Assembly (NCBI GenBank): GCA_964545545.1
Contig: CAZJGK010000004.1
Coordinates: 1-62,662, forward strand
Length of the DNA: 62,662 nucleotides
Source of the DNA: an uncultured Fibrobacteraceae bacterium
Lineage (GTDB): Bacteria > Krumholzibacteriota > Krumholzibacteriia > LZORAL124-64-63
Direction: 5' to 3'
A model generated the notes under the pieces. It was not told the DNA's origin and did no database searches. It saw only the letters and a list, made by a program, of their open reading frames with translations. The position numbers and the translations under genes are program-made. Shown piece after piece: positions 52,604 to 61,996 of the stretch; position 1 is the first letter of the stretch; the number at the start of each line of letters is the position of its first letter.

Positions 52604-53083
52604 ATGAAGCTTGATTTGGAAAGAATCCCTAGTGGGAGATCCGACCTGGTCGCGGCCGATGAGGTCCGGCTCGAGTGGGCCGACCGGAAGCCGGTTGCCG
52701 TGCAGGTGACGGGCACCCTTGTCGTGGACAACCTGGAGGCTCGTATCCTGGTGTCCGGTACGGTTGTCGCGACCGGAGTGGCCGCCTGCAGCAGGTGTTT
52801 GGAGGATTTTACCCTGACCTGGGATGTTGACGTTTCCTGCCTGGTTTTAAGGGACGTCGACGCCACGGAGGGTCAGGACGACTTGATGGTCGTTCATCAG
52901 CAGAACGATATGGTCGACCTGACCGAAATTTTGCGGGAAAGTGTCGTTCTTGCCTATCCGTTGGCTCCGGTCTGTCTTGCCACATGCAGGGGGCTATGCC
53001 CCGGCTGTGGCCATAACCTGAACAAAGAGGCTTGCGTTTGTGAGCCTGAAGCCCACGATCCCCGATGGGATGCCCTGCCCTGA
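52604..53083 (+). CDS. yceD: YceD/DUF177 family protein
   Basis: Cys motifs are CSRCLEDF and CRGLCPGCGHNLN...CVC. Its position directly upstream of rpmF is conserved. Confidence 0.85.
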   Translation: MKLDLERIPSGRSDLVAADEVRLEWADRKPVAVQVTGTLVVDNLEARILVSGTVVATGVAACSRCLEDFTLTWDVDVSCLVLRDVDATEGQDDLMVVHQQNDMVDLTEILRESVVLAYPLAPVCLATCRGLCPGCGHNLNKEACVCEPEAHDPRWDALP

Positions 53084-53117
53084 AGGCGGGCCGTATAACT
53101 CGAGGAAGGAATGAATC

Positions 53118-53297
53118 ATGGCTGTTCCCAAGAATAGAACGTCCCAATCCCGCAAGGGCAAGCGTCGGGCCAACTGGCGACTGGCCAAGCCCGATCCGAA
53201 CAAGTGCCCCCACTGCGGAGGGCCCAGGTTGCCTCATCGTGTATGCCGCGAATGCGGGTACTACGGCGAGCGCGAAGTCATCGTCGTGGAATCCTGA
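53118..53297 (+). CDS. rpmF: 50S ribosomal protein L32
   Basis: Not in the ORF track (59 aa). My translation is MAVPKNRTSQSRKGKRRANWRLAKPDPNKCPHCGGPRLPHRVCRECGYYGEREVIVVES. It has the L32 N terminus and the CxxC...CxxC motif. Confidence 0.93.
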   Translation: MAVPKNRTSQSRKGKRRANWRLAKPDPNKCPHCGGPRLPHRVCRECGYYGEREVIVVES

Positions 53298-53371
53298 TTT
53301 CCGGGACGACGGGATTTTCCGGCTTTCCGGTGCCCCGGGTTGTGACCTGACCTGGCATGGAGGTGTTTGGC

Positions 53372-54364
53372 ATGGTGGATGGAATCAGGCCGGTTATCGG
53401 TATTGATGTCATGGGCGGCGACCACGGCCCGGACGTGGTGGTGCCGGGCGTCGTGGCTGCCATGTCTGCGGATTCCCCTTTTGTCGCGGCATTTTATGGT
53501 GACCAGGATGCCGTGAAACTTGCGCTGGAAGGCCTGGACACGGAGGGGCTTCCCCTTGAGATCAGGCACTGCAGCGAGGATATCGCCATGGGCGAATCTC
53601 CTGCCTCAGCCATCCGCAAGCGCAAGGACAGTCCCATTGTGCGGGCCATGATCGACCAGAAAGCCGGCCGGATCCAGGCGGTGGTGTCGGCGGGTTCGAC
53701 CGGAGCCATGGTGGCTGCGAGTCTCATCATCCTGGGCCGCTTGCCGGGCGTGGATCGTCCTGCCATCGGCACCGTGATCCCTACCTTGGGTGGTCAATCC
53801 CTGCTGCTGGATGCGGGGGCCAACCTACAATGCACCGCGGATCATCTGATGACTTTTGCCGCCATGGGTGAAATCTACGGACGGGAAATCCTGGAAATCG
53901 AGGAGCCCCGGGTCGGGTTGCTCAATATCGGGGGCGAGCCGGGAAAGGGTACCGATGTCCTGGTTGAGGTCTACCGGCGCCTCCAGGAAAGCCGGCTGAA
54001 TTTCAGCGGCAATATCGAAGGCAACCAGATTCTGCAAGGCGATTGTGACATCATCGTCACCGACGGATTTTCCGGCAACAACACCTTGAAGTTGCTGGAA
54101 GGCTTTGCTTATTTCATGGCGAAACTTGCCCGCATGCCCGAGGTCCCGGCGGACCTGCGCGCTGCCCTGCCGCCCATTCTGCAATATCTCCAGACTAATT
54201 TTTCCTACGAGGTCTACGGTGGGGCCATGTTGCTGGGGGTTGCGGGGGTCAGCATTATCGCCCATGGCCGCAGCAGCTCCTGGGCCATCACCAACGCCGT
54301 CAAGGTTGCCTGGCGACAGGTGGAGAAATCCCTGCCGGACAAGATGTCCGCACTCGATATCTGA
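53372..54364 (+). CDS. plsX: Phosphate acyltransferase
   Basis: Motifs are IGIDVMGGDHGP and VSAGSTGA. GGAGG lies 8 nt before ATG 53372. ATG 53357 is an alternative start. Confidence 0.9.
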   Translation: MVDGIRPVIGIDVMGGDHGPDVVVPGVVAAMSADSPFVAAFYGDQDAVKLALEGLDTEGLPLEIRHCSEDIAMGESPASAIRKRKDSPIVRAMIDQKAGRIQAVVSAGSTGAMVAASLIILGRLPGVDRPAIGTVIPTLGGQSLLLDAGANLQCTADHLMTFAAMGEIYGREILEIEEPRVGLLNIGGEPGKGTDVLVEVYRRLQESRLNFSGNIEGNQILQGDCDIIVTDGFSGNNTLKLLEGFAYFMAKLARMPEVPADLRAALPPILQYLQTNFSYEVYGGAMLLGVAGVSIIAHGRSSSWAITNAVKVAWRQVEKSLPDKMSALDI

Positions 54365-54385
54365 GCTGCGCCAGGAGGGTGATCC

Positions 54386-55342
54386 ATGAGTCTTTTGCGT
54401 GTCCCCATGATGTTTCCCGGCCAGGGTTCCCAAGGCGTAGGCATGGCCGTGGATTTGGCCGCCGCGGAAGGTCCTGCCCGGGAATTCCTGGTTCAGGTCA
54501 ACGACGCCCTGGGCATGGACTTGTTGTCCATCATGTTTGAGGGCCCGGGCGAGGTTCTGACCGAAACCCGCAACGCCCAACCGGCCATCCTGGCCCACTC
54601 GGTAGCCATGCTCCTGGCGCTGCGGGACAGGGGGATCGAACCAAACCTTGTCGCCGGCCATTCCCTGGGGGAATTCAGCGCGGCGGTTGCCTGTGGCGCC
54701 CTGGATCCCCTCGACGCCTTGCGCATCGTGCGCCGGCGCGGCGAACTGATGTTCGCCGCGGGCACTGCCAGGCCCGGGACCATGGCGGCCGTGATGGGGC
54801 TTGAGGCCTCGGTTGTGGCAGAGGTCTGTCGGAACACCGCGGGCGTGGTTGTGCTTGCCAACCATAATTCACCGAATCAGGTGGTCATTTCGGGGGAGAT
54901 TCCCGCAGTAAAAGCGGCGGAGAAGGGTATGGTGGCGGCCGGCGCCCGGCACGTTATTCCCTTGAATGTCAGTGGGGCCTTCCACTCGCCTCTGCTGGAT
55001 CAGGCCGCGGTTGAATTCGAGGCTTACCTGGCGGAAATTTCTTTTGCAGACCCCGTGGTGCCCCTGGTTGCCAACGTGAGTGCCCAGACGGTGACGACGG
55101 CCGGGGAATTGCGCGGAGGGCTCGTGAGGCAACTCACATCTCCGGTTCTTTGGCATGCTTCGCTGGGCCTGCTTGCCGCCGAGGCGGGTGAGGGCGGCCT
55201 GGTGCTGGAGGTGGGGCCGGGCAAGGTTCTGGCCAACCTTGCCAAAAGGGCCTGCCGTGGGGTAGAGTTCCTGAACGTGGGAACGCTTGAGGATCTTGAC
55301 CGGGTCTCCACCAGGGTCCGGGAAGCGGGAGACCAGGCATGA
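54386..55342 (+). CDS. fabD: Malonyl-CoA:ACP transacylase
   Basis: AGGAGGG RBS precedes the start. Motifs are FPGQGSQ, the active site GHSLGEFSA and VSGAFHSPL. Confidence 0.93.
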   Translation: MSLLRVPMMFPGQGSQGVGMAVDLAAAEGPAREFLVQVNDALGMDLLSIMFEGPGEVLTETRNAQPAILAHSVAMLLALRDRGIEPNLVAGHSLGEFSAAVACGALDPLDALRIVRRRGELMFAAGTARPGTMAAVMGLEASVVAEVCRNTAGVVVLANHNSPNQVVISGEIPAVKAAEKGMVAAGARHVIPLNVSGAFHSPLLDQAAVEFEAYLAEISFADPVVPLVANVSAQTVTTAGELRGGLVRQLTSPVLWHASLGLLAAEAGEGGLVLEVGPGKVLANLAKRACRGVEFLNVGTLEDLDRVSTRVREAGDQA

Positions 55343-56091
55343 ATTCGACAAGTGGGGAAGATTTCATGGAGAAACCCGCAGTCATTGTGACCGGCGCCAG
55401 CAGGGGCATCGGTTTGGCCATTGCGAGGCGATTGGCCGGCGCCAATTATCGTCTGGCCCTGGTGGCGCGGCAGGCGGAGGCCCTGGCCAAAGTGGTGGAG
55501 GAATTGGGACCTGTCGCCCATGCTTTTCCGGCGGACATTTCCGATTTCGAGGCGGTCCAACAGGTTGTTTCCCAGGTAAATGAGGCATTTGGCGGGATTT
55601 TTGGGCTCGTGAACAATGCGGGCATGACCAAGGACGGGCTCTTTGTGCGCATGAGTCCCGAGCAATGGCAGGCCCCTTTGGATGTCAATCTCAACGGCAC
55701 TTTTAATTTTTGTCGGGCGGCTTCCGTAGTCATGATGAGAGCCCGTGCGGGGAGGATCATCAACATTTCCTCCGTTATCGGCTTGACGGGCAACGCTGGT
55801 CAGGCTAATTATGCTGCAAGTAAGGCGGGGATCATCGCCCTGACCAAGTCCATTGCCAAAGAGTTGGGGGGGCGAAACGTCCTCTGCAATGCCGTGGCTC
55901 CGGGCTTTATCAGGACGGATATGACCGCGGAGCTTTCCGATAAAGTTCGCGAGGCGATGCTGGCGAATATTCCTCTCAAACGTTTCGGCGAAGGGGAAGA
56001 TGTCGCCGGAGTCGTCGAGTTTCTGCTTTCTCCGGCTGCCGACTATATCACCGGCCAGACACTGGTGGTTGATGGCGGTATGGTCCTTTAG
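55339..56091 (+). CDS. fabG: 3-oxoacyl-ACP reductase
   Basis: ATGA overlap with fabD. SDR motifs are TGASRGIG, NNAG and YAASKAG. ATG 55366 is an alternative start. Confidence 0.92.
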   Translation: MNSTSGEDFMEKPAVIVTGASRGIGLAIARRLAGANYRLALVARQAEALAKVVEELGPVAHAFPADISDFEAVQQVVSQVNEAFGGIFGLVNNAGMTKDGLFVRMSPEQWQAPLDVNLNGTFNFCRAASVVMMRARAGRIINISSVIGLTGNAGQANYAASKAGIIALTKSIAKELGGRNVLCNAVAPGFIRTDMTAELSDKVREAMLANIPLKRFGEGEDVAGVVEFLLSPAADYITGQTLVVDGGMVL

Positions 56092-56124
56092 CAATCACCC
56101 CATTTTCCGGGAGGGTTACCAGAA

Positions 56125-56361
56125 ATGGCGTCGATCCAGGAACAGGTTTATGAAATCATCCAGCGTAAGCTGGGCGTCAACCCCGAGCAGATTACCCCCG
56201 AAGCTTCGTTCACCGAGGATCTGGGTGCCGATTCCCTTGATACGGTGGAACTGGTGATGGATCTCGAGGAAGAGTTCAACATCACCATCCCGGAAGAAGA
56301 TCAGGAAAAACTGCAGACCGTCCAGGATGCAATCGAGTATCTCGAACAGCACCTGGACTGA
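56125..56361 (+). CDS. acpP: Acyl carrier protein
   Basis: It has the phosphopantetheine attachment motif [14 protein letters not shown] and is 78 aa. Confidence 0.95.
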   Translation: MASIQEQVYEIIQRKLGVNPEQITPEASFTEDLGADSLDTVELVMDLEEEFNITIPEEDQEKLQTVQDAIEYLEQHLD

Positions 56362-56507
56362 TAAGCGGCACAACGATCTTTTCCGTGTAACATCAATCGG
56401 CCCGGGGGCGCCGGAAGGGCTTTCCGGGCTGATCGATATTCGGGGTAGGGGCTTGTGGCGGGCGATCGACTCAATGCCTCTGTTCCCAAGGTTTTTGGAG
56501 GTTGAAT

Positions 56508-57746
56508 GTGACGATGCGCAAGATTGCCGTTACTGGTATGGGCATGGTGACACCTGTCGGCCTGGATCGCGATGAAACCTGGCAGGGTTTGCTGGCTGGG
56601 CGCAACGGAATATCCCAGATCGAGGGCATTGACCTTACCGGCTTGAAGGTGACCATCGCCGGTCAGGTAAAGGGATTTGATCCGACCTTGTACATGGACC
56701 TCAAGGAGGCCAACAAGACTGATCGTTACAGTCAACTGGCTATTGCCGCCGCCGAGCAGGCCATGAAGCAGGCCGGGGCGGACGCCGGGGTTGACCCACT
56801 GCGGGCCGGGGTGATCATCGGTTCCGGTATGGGGGGGATGCTCACTTTCCAGCAGCAGGTCACGCGGCTGGTCCAACGGGGCCCGCGCATGGTGTCGCCG
56901 CTGTTCATCCCCATGACCATCGCCGACATGGCCTCGGGACTGGTCTCCATCCGTTATGGATTCCGGGGTCCGAATTTCTGCACCGTCAGCGCCTGTGCGT
57001 CAGGTGGGCATGCGATTGCCGCGGCTGCCGACCAGATCCGGGCGGGCCACGCCGATATCATGATCTGTGGTGGCGCCGAAGCGGGAATCTGTGCCATCGG
57101 CATATCCGGCTTCGCCAACATGAAGGCCCTGTCCACCCGCAACGATGAGCCCGGGAAGGCCAGCAGACCGTTTGATGCCAAACGCGATGGTTTTGTCATG
57201 GGTGAGGGCGCCGGGATCCTGATCCTGGAAGCGGAAGAACATGCACAGGCCCGCGGCGCGAAAATCCTGGCCTACTTCGAGGGCTATGGCGCCTCGGGTG
57301 ATGCTTTCCACATGACCCAACCGGACAACGAGGGGCGCGGGGCCATCGGTTCCATGCAGGCTGCTTTGCGTGATGCCGGCCTGGAGCCTGAGGATATCGG
57401 CTACATCAACGCGCATGGGACCAGCACGCATTTCAACGACAAGATCGAAACCGCTGCGATCAAGAATGTGTTCGGGCCGCACGCGGAGGGTCTGAAGATC
57501 AGCTCCACCAAATCCATGACCGGTCATTTGTTGGGCGCCGCAGGGGGCATTGAAGCCGCCATTACCTGTCTCGCCCTGCAGGACGGGAAATTGCCGCCCA
57601 CGATAAATCTGGAATACCCGGACCCCGAGTGCGATCTGGATTATTGTTCCGGCCAGGCCGTCGAGCTTAAGGTTGAGCACGCGCTTTCCAATTCCTTTGG
57701 CTTTGGGGGGCATAACATTTCCCTGTGCTTTGGCGGGGCGCGCTGA
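56508..57746 (+). CDS. fabF: 3-oxoacyl-ACP synthase II
   Basis: GGAGG lies 6 nt before GTG 56508. Motifs are VTGMGMVTP, the active-site Cys in VSACASG, HGTST and GFGGHN. Confidence 0.93.
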   Translation: MTMRKIAVTGMGMVTPVGLDRDETWQGLLAGRNGISQIEGIDLTGLKVTIAGQVKGFDPTLYMDLKEANKTDRYSQLAIAAAEQAMKQAGADAGVDPLRAGVIIGSGMGGMLTFQQQVTRLVQRGPRMVSPLFIPMTIADMASGLVSIRYGFRGPNFCTVSACASGGHAIAAAADQIRAGHADIMICGGAEAGICAIGISGFANMKALSTRNDEPGKASRPFDAKRDGFVMGEGAGILILEAEEHAQARGAKILAYFEGYGASGDAFHMTQPDNEGRGAIGSMQAALRDAGLEPEDIGYINAHGTSTHFNDKIETAAIKNVFGPHAEGLKISSTKSMTGHLLGAAGGIEAAITCLALQDGKLPPTINLEYPDPECDLDYCSGQAVELKVEHALSNSFGFGGHNISLCFGGAR

Positions 57747-57777
57747 ACCAGGTTGGACCTTGCCGACGAAAGGCACC

Positions 57778-58581
57778 ATGGTTGCTCAGGCTGATCCGCA
57801 GGACAAGGGCAAGGCGAGCCTGATCTCCCGGTTCTGGAATAGGCTGGGTGGTATGCTTGGGTTGGGTGCTCCCGAGCAGGAATTCGATAGCGGGCTTTCC
57901 GGACTGGAAACACGGCTGGGATACAATTTTCGTGACCAGTCCTTGCTTGCCAACGCCATGTTGCACCGCTCCCATGTCTATGTTTCCGGCGGCGACCGGG
58001 AAGAATCCAACGAACGTCTCGAATTTTTGGGCGACGCCGTGCTCGGCGTTGTGGTCAGTGACCATCTTTATCACCTCTATCCCGGTCGGAGCGAAGGGGA
58101 CTTGACCAAGATGAAGTCCCTGTTGGTTTGTGGCAATCGTTTGGCCGAAGTGGCGGCGGGCAAGGATCTGGGGCGTTATATTCGCATGAGCCGATCGGAG
58201 GCGGCCGCTGGCGGGCGCAAAAGGCCCACGATCCTGGCGGATGCCACCGAGGCCGTGATCGGGGCGGTTTATCTGGACGGAGGGTTTTCCGCCGCCGAGC
58301 AGTTCATCGGATACTGGATCCTGAAGGAAAGCCAGGATTTGCTGAATCGACGCTCCTTGCTGAACTTCAAGAGCCGATTGCAGGAATTAATCCAGGCGGA
58401 TCACCGTAGCCCGCCACGCTACAAGGTGGTTTCCACAGAAGGACCCGATCATCACCGTTGGTTCGAGGTGGTGGTCACCTTCGCGGGGGAAGTTCTCGGT
58501 CGGGGCAAGGGTGCCAGTAAAAAAGCGGCTGAACAGGAAGCGGCGCGGGATGCTTTGGAACGACGGGAAACTTTGCCCTGA
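57778..58581 (+). CDS. rnc: Ribonuclease III
   Basis: The signature is ERLEFLGDAVL. DATEAVIGAVYLDGG is present, and the C-terminal dsRBD includes GPDHHRWFEV and SKKAAEQEAA. Confidence 0.92.
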   Translation: MVAQADPQDKGKASLISRFWNRLGGMLGLGAPEQEFDSGLSGLETRLGYNFRDQSLLANAMLHRSHVYVSGGDREESNERLEFLGDAVLGVVVSDHLYHLYPGRSEGDLTKMKSLLVCGNRLAEVAAGKDLGRYIRMSRSEAAAGGRKRPTILADATEAVIGAVYLDGGFSAAEQFIGYWILKESQDLLNRRSLLNFKSRLQELIQADHRSPPRYKVVSTEGPDHHRWFEVVVTFAGEVLGRGKGASKKAAEQEAARDALERRETLP

Positions 58582-58625
58582 GTTTCGGGTTCCTGATTCC
58601 AACCAACACCCATGGAGATTACTTG

Positions 58626-60473
58626 ATGTCCGTTTTCTCTTTGCCTATGACGCGAGTCTATTGGTCCCTGGTCCTGCTCGGTGGCCTGGGGCTTCTGGGT
58701 CTGCCCCGGGGAGCCTTGGCTGAAGTCGACTCCTCCTTGCTGGATCAGCAGGAGAATCCCGTTCCTTTCGGCCCCGGGTCCAGTTGGGTGGTTGGCGATC
58801 AGCTTTTTGCCGCGGGAGACATGGACCAGGCTTTGCCGTTCCTGCACCTTGCCTACCGCGCCGATCCTCAGGTTCCGGTCATCGCCCTGGAATTCCAGGA
58901 GGCTCTGCAGAACAGCGGTTACTTCAATGACGCCCTGGGCGTGCTGGACACGCTTGTGGCGGATTTCCCCGATTCCCTGGATTTTCGTTTCCGCAGGGCG
59001 CAGTTGAAGGCTCACATGGGCCAGACCAAATCCGCGCTCAAGGATCTTGCCTACCTGCGTGAACAGGAGGATGTGACGGAAGAGGTGTTGTCCCTGGAGG
59101 CTTCAATTCTCTCCGCCACGGGCAAGGTTGATCAGGCCCTGGATGTCCTGCGTGATGGCTTGGCCCTGTTTCCCGACCGGGGTGCGGCCATTTACATCGG
59201 CATGGCGGCGGTTCTGGATCATAACGGCCGGACCAAGGAAATACCCGCCATTCTTGACAAGGCGCTCCTGCGGTTTCCCCGGGATCCGGATCTCCATCTG
59301 TTGATGATCAGGACCCTTGCTGGGCTTGGTCGTCCAGCCGATGCCCTGGCTGCGGCGACCGCTGCCGATCGTTTATTCCACCCGCAGTCGGGGGCAGCGC
59401 CAGCCGTCGAAAATGTGCCGGACACTTCCGCTGCACCGCTGGCAGGCCTTCCTGCCGTGGTCCCGGATTCTTTTCGGGTTGAGCTTGCCGATTATTACGC
59501 CCATAACAAGGACTCTGAGCGGGCTGTTTCCCTGCTGATGGATCTTTCCGATTCCGGCCAGCTGGGCTTGGATCCCAGCCTCTGGCTGGCCCGCATGCTG
59601 CTGGGTAAGGATCGGATCGCGGAAGGGAAGCTTCTGGTTGAGAAGATCCTGGCTGCGTGGCCGACTTCCGGACGAGGCTGGTTTCTCAAGGGAAGGATTG
59701 CCGAACAGCAAAAGAATTGGTCCCTGGTGGTGGCCGACCTGACCCAGGCGGCCCGCCTTGCGCCCCGTGACCCGGAAATCAGGTTGGGTCTGGTGCGGGG
59801 CATGATGCTCAGTGATGAAGATTCCCTGGAGGCTGCGGCTGGCGATTCGGCCCGGCGGGAGTTCAGCGCCGCGTTCAAGCGTCAAGTCCTGGCGGCTGAA
59901 ACGCTCGTGCCCCAGGGGGATCGCCATGGGCAAATGATGCTCGGCTATGCCTTTCGTAAAATGGGAAAACTCGCTAAAGGCGCGGCGCATTTTCAATTGG
60001 CGGCCGAGGATCCGGACCTGCGTCTCAATGCCCTGATTCAGGCGAGTCTTTGTCTTGATGAGGCCGGGGAAACGTCCAAGGCCAGGGGCTTGCTGGAAAC
60101 CCTGCGCAAGGAGAACCCCGATAATCCCGAAATTGCGAATTCACTGGGATATTTTTTGGCCGAAAAGAACCAGGAACTTCCTGAAGCCGAACGCCTGGTT
60201 CAGGAGGCGCTTGCTGCCGATCCCAGCAATGGTGCCTATCTTGATTCCATGGGGTGGATTCAATTCCGGCGGGGGAACCTCGATAAAGCCCTGGATTATC
60301 TGATCAGGGCCGCCAACGCTATTCCCGAAGATCCGATCATTCTCGAACATCTGGGCGTGGTTCTCAATGAACAGGGACAGAAACCCGAGGCACGAGACCT
60401 TTTCCTGCGGGCTTTGCGCCTGGGTGGAGATTCCACGCGTCTCAAAGGCCGATTGGATGCGCTTGATCAATAG
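58626..60473 (+). CDS. Secreted TPR-repeat protein
   Basis: Signal peptide is MSVFSLPMTRVYWSLVLLGGLGLLGLPRGALA. Multiple TPR-like repeats run throughout (e.g. NSLGYFLAEKNQELPEAERLVQEALAADPSNGAYLDSMGW). Confidence 0.8.
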   Translation: MSVFSLPMTRVYWSLVLLGGLGLLGLPRGALAEVDSSLLDQQENPVPFGPGSSWVVGDQLFAAGDMDQALPFLHLAYRADPQVPVIALEFQEALQNSGYFNDALGVLDTLVADFPDSLDFRFRRAQLKAHMGQTKSALKDLAYLREQEDVTEEVLSLEASILSATGKVDQALDVLRDGLALFPDRGAAIYIGMAAVLDHNGRTKEIPAILDKALLRFPRDPDLHLLMIRTLAGLGRPADALAAATAADRLFHPQSGAAPAVENVPDTSAAPLAGLPAVVPDSFRVELADYYAHNKDSERAVSLLMDLSDSGQLGLDPSLWLARMLLGKDRIAEGKLLVEKILAAWPTSGRGWFLKGRIAEQQKNWSLVVADLTQAARLAPRDPEIRLGLVRGMMLSDEDSLEAAAGDSARREFSAAFKRQVLAAETLVPQGDRHGQMMLGYAFRKMGKLAKGAAHFQLAAEDPDLRLNALIQASLCLDEAGETSKARGLLETLRKENPDNPEIANSLGYFLAEKNQELPEAERLVQEALAADPSNGAYLDSMGWIQFRRGNLDKALDYLIRAANAIPEDPIILEHLGVVLNEQGQKPEARDLFLRALRLGGDSTRLKGRLDALDQ

Positions 60474-61263
60474 CCTTTCCCCTGGTGACCACAGGCCCGT
60501 GAGGACCGGGCTGCTGGTTGTCCTGTGGACCTTGGCTTTGATCGCCAATGCTGCGGCGGCCGGCTCCGGTGTTCCCGGCGATACAGCCAGATTGTGGGGC
60601 GGCCACTGGGCCCTCCGGACCTGGGGCTACCGATCTGAAGGATTCTTCGGCTGGATCAAATCAGGCACGGATGTGCGGCTGGAAATCCTGGAGTCCTCCT
60701 GCCCTTCAACCTCGGATGTTGACGGACTCCAGCGTCTCTGGCGGCAGGACGGCGAGGGATGGACTCTGATCGCCGGGTCCGGCGGTGGCGGAACCATCAA
60801 CCGTTGGGGCCGGGAGTGGCGCCCGCTGGACCCTGTCCAGCAGGGTCTGTTGTTGCAGGTTGCTGAGAAACTACCCCGTTTGCTGGCCGCCGGCAACCCG
60901 GGTGAGCGTAGTGTTTCCTTTATCTTGCCGCCGGCGCCCCGACCCGGAATGACCCCTGCTTTTCGGGAGAATCTGGTGGTCAGGGGTCTGGGGCAGGGAG
61001 GTCTGGGACAGATCATCACTCTGGCCGAAAAGGTACCCGGAGCAGCCGCAGCGGGGGAACTCCTGGTGAACCTGACGTCCTCCCGTCGGCCCGGGGTTGT
61101 GTCCCTATACATATGCTGGCAGGGGGTTCCCGGTGGAGAAGTGCCCCTGGAGGTATTTGCGCCCCTGTGGCCTTTGGGAGATTTTTTGAAATTTCCGGGG
61201 CCTGAGCCGGAACTTGAAGATCCTGCCGGCGTTGAAGAAAGCACGGTGCATCACGGTGGATAA
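60457..61263 (+). CDS. Secreted hypothetical protein
   Basis: ATG 60457 overlaps the TPR gene end. The signal-like sequence is TGLLVVLWTLALIANAAAAG. No motif was recognised. Confidence 0.55.
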   Translation: MRLINSLSPGDHRPVRTGLLVVLWTLALIANAAAAGSGVPGDTARLWGGHWALRTWGYRSEGFFGWIKSGTDVRLEILESSCPSTSDVDGLQRLWRQDGEGWTLIAGSGGGGTINRWGREWRPLDPVQQGLLLQVAEKLPRLLAAGNPGERSVSFILPPAPRPGMTPAFRENLVVRGLGQGGLGQIITLAEKVPGAAAAGELLVNLTSSRRPGVVSLYICWQGVPGGEVPLEVFAPLWPLGDFLKFPGPEPELEDPAGVEESTVHHGG

Positions 61264-61278
61264 TAAGCTGGAGATAAG

Positions 61279-61977
61279 ATGAATTTTTCCCGAGAAGAGC
61301 ATCCCTACGGCACTCCCGCTGCGGCGCGGGCGGAGCTGATGGGAATCCGCGATGAGGATCTCATCGTCGAGGTGCAAGCGGGGAATCGCAAGGCTTTCGA
61401 TGAGCTTGCCGGTCGTTACAAGGGCAGGTTGTTCAGCTTTATTCTCCGGATGGTGAAGGATCCGGTCCTGGCCGAGGAGTTGACCCAGGAAACCTTGATC
61501 AGGGTCTATATCCATGCCGCCAAGTACAGGGAGATTGCCAAGTTTTCCACTTGGGTCTTTACCATTGCCACGAATCTGGTCCGCAACAAGATGCGCCAAC
61601 GGTCACGCAGGCCACAGTTGTTGAGCCTGAATCCCGCGCCGGCCGACGACGAGATTCCTTTGGATCCTGCCGACCCGGAGGCCGATCCTTCCCAGGATAT
61701 TCAGCGCCGAGAGTTGGCTGCGGTGATCAACGAAGCAACGGCGGCCATTCCCGAGAAGTACCGGACGCCGTTTCTGCTGCGGGAAGTCGAGCAACTCAGC
61801 TACGAGGAAATCCAACAGGTTACAGGACTGAAGCTGGGAACCGTACGGTCCAGGATCAATCGCGCCAGAACCCGATTCCGTCACCTGGTGAAACCACTTT
61901 TGAAGGACGAAGCCATGCTGGCGGAATTGGAACTGATCGAGGCCAGGGTGGCCGAGGAAAATGATGACCTTTCATGA
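61279..61977 (+). CDS. ECF-type RNA polymerase sigma factor
   Basis: GGAG RBS precedes the start. Region 2 is FDELAGRYKGRLFSFILRMV...AEELTQETLIRVY...FSTWVFTIATNLVRN. Region 4 is PFLLREVEQLSYEEIQQVTGLKLGTVRSRINRAR. Confidence 0.88.
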   Translation: MNFSREEHPYGTPAAARAELMGIRDEDLIVEVQAGNRKAFDELAGRYKGRLFSFILRMVKDPVLAEELTQETLIRVYIHAAKYREIAKFSTWVFTIATNLVRNKMRQRSRRPQLLSLNPAPADDEIPLDPADPEADPSQDIQRRELAAVINEATAAIPEKYRTPFLLREVEQLSYEEIQQVTGLKLGTVRSRINRARTRFRHLVKPLLKDEAMLAELELIEARVAEENDDLS

Positions 61978-61996
61978 AACACGGTAGGTGATGATC

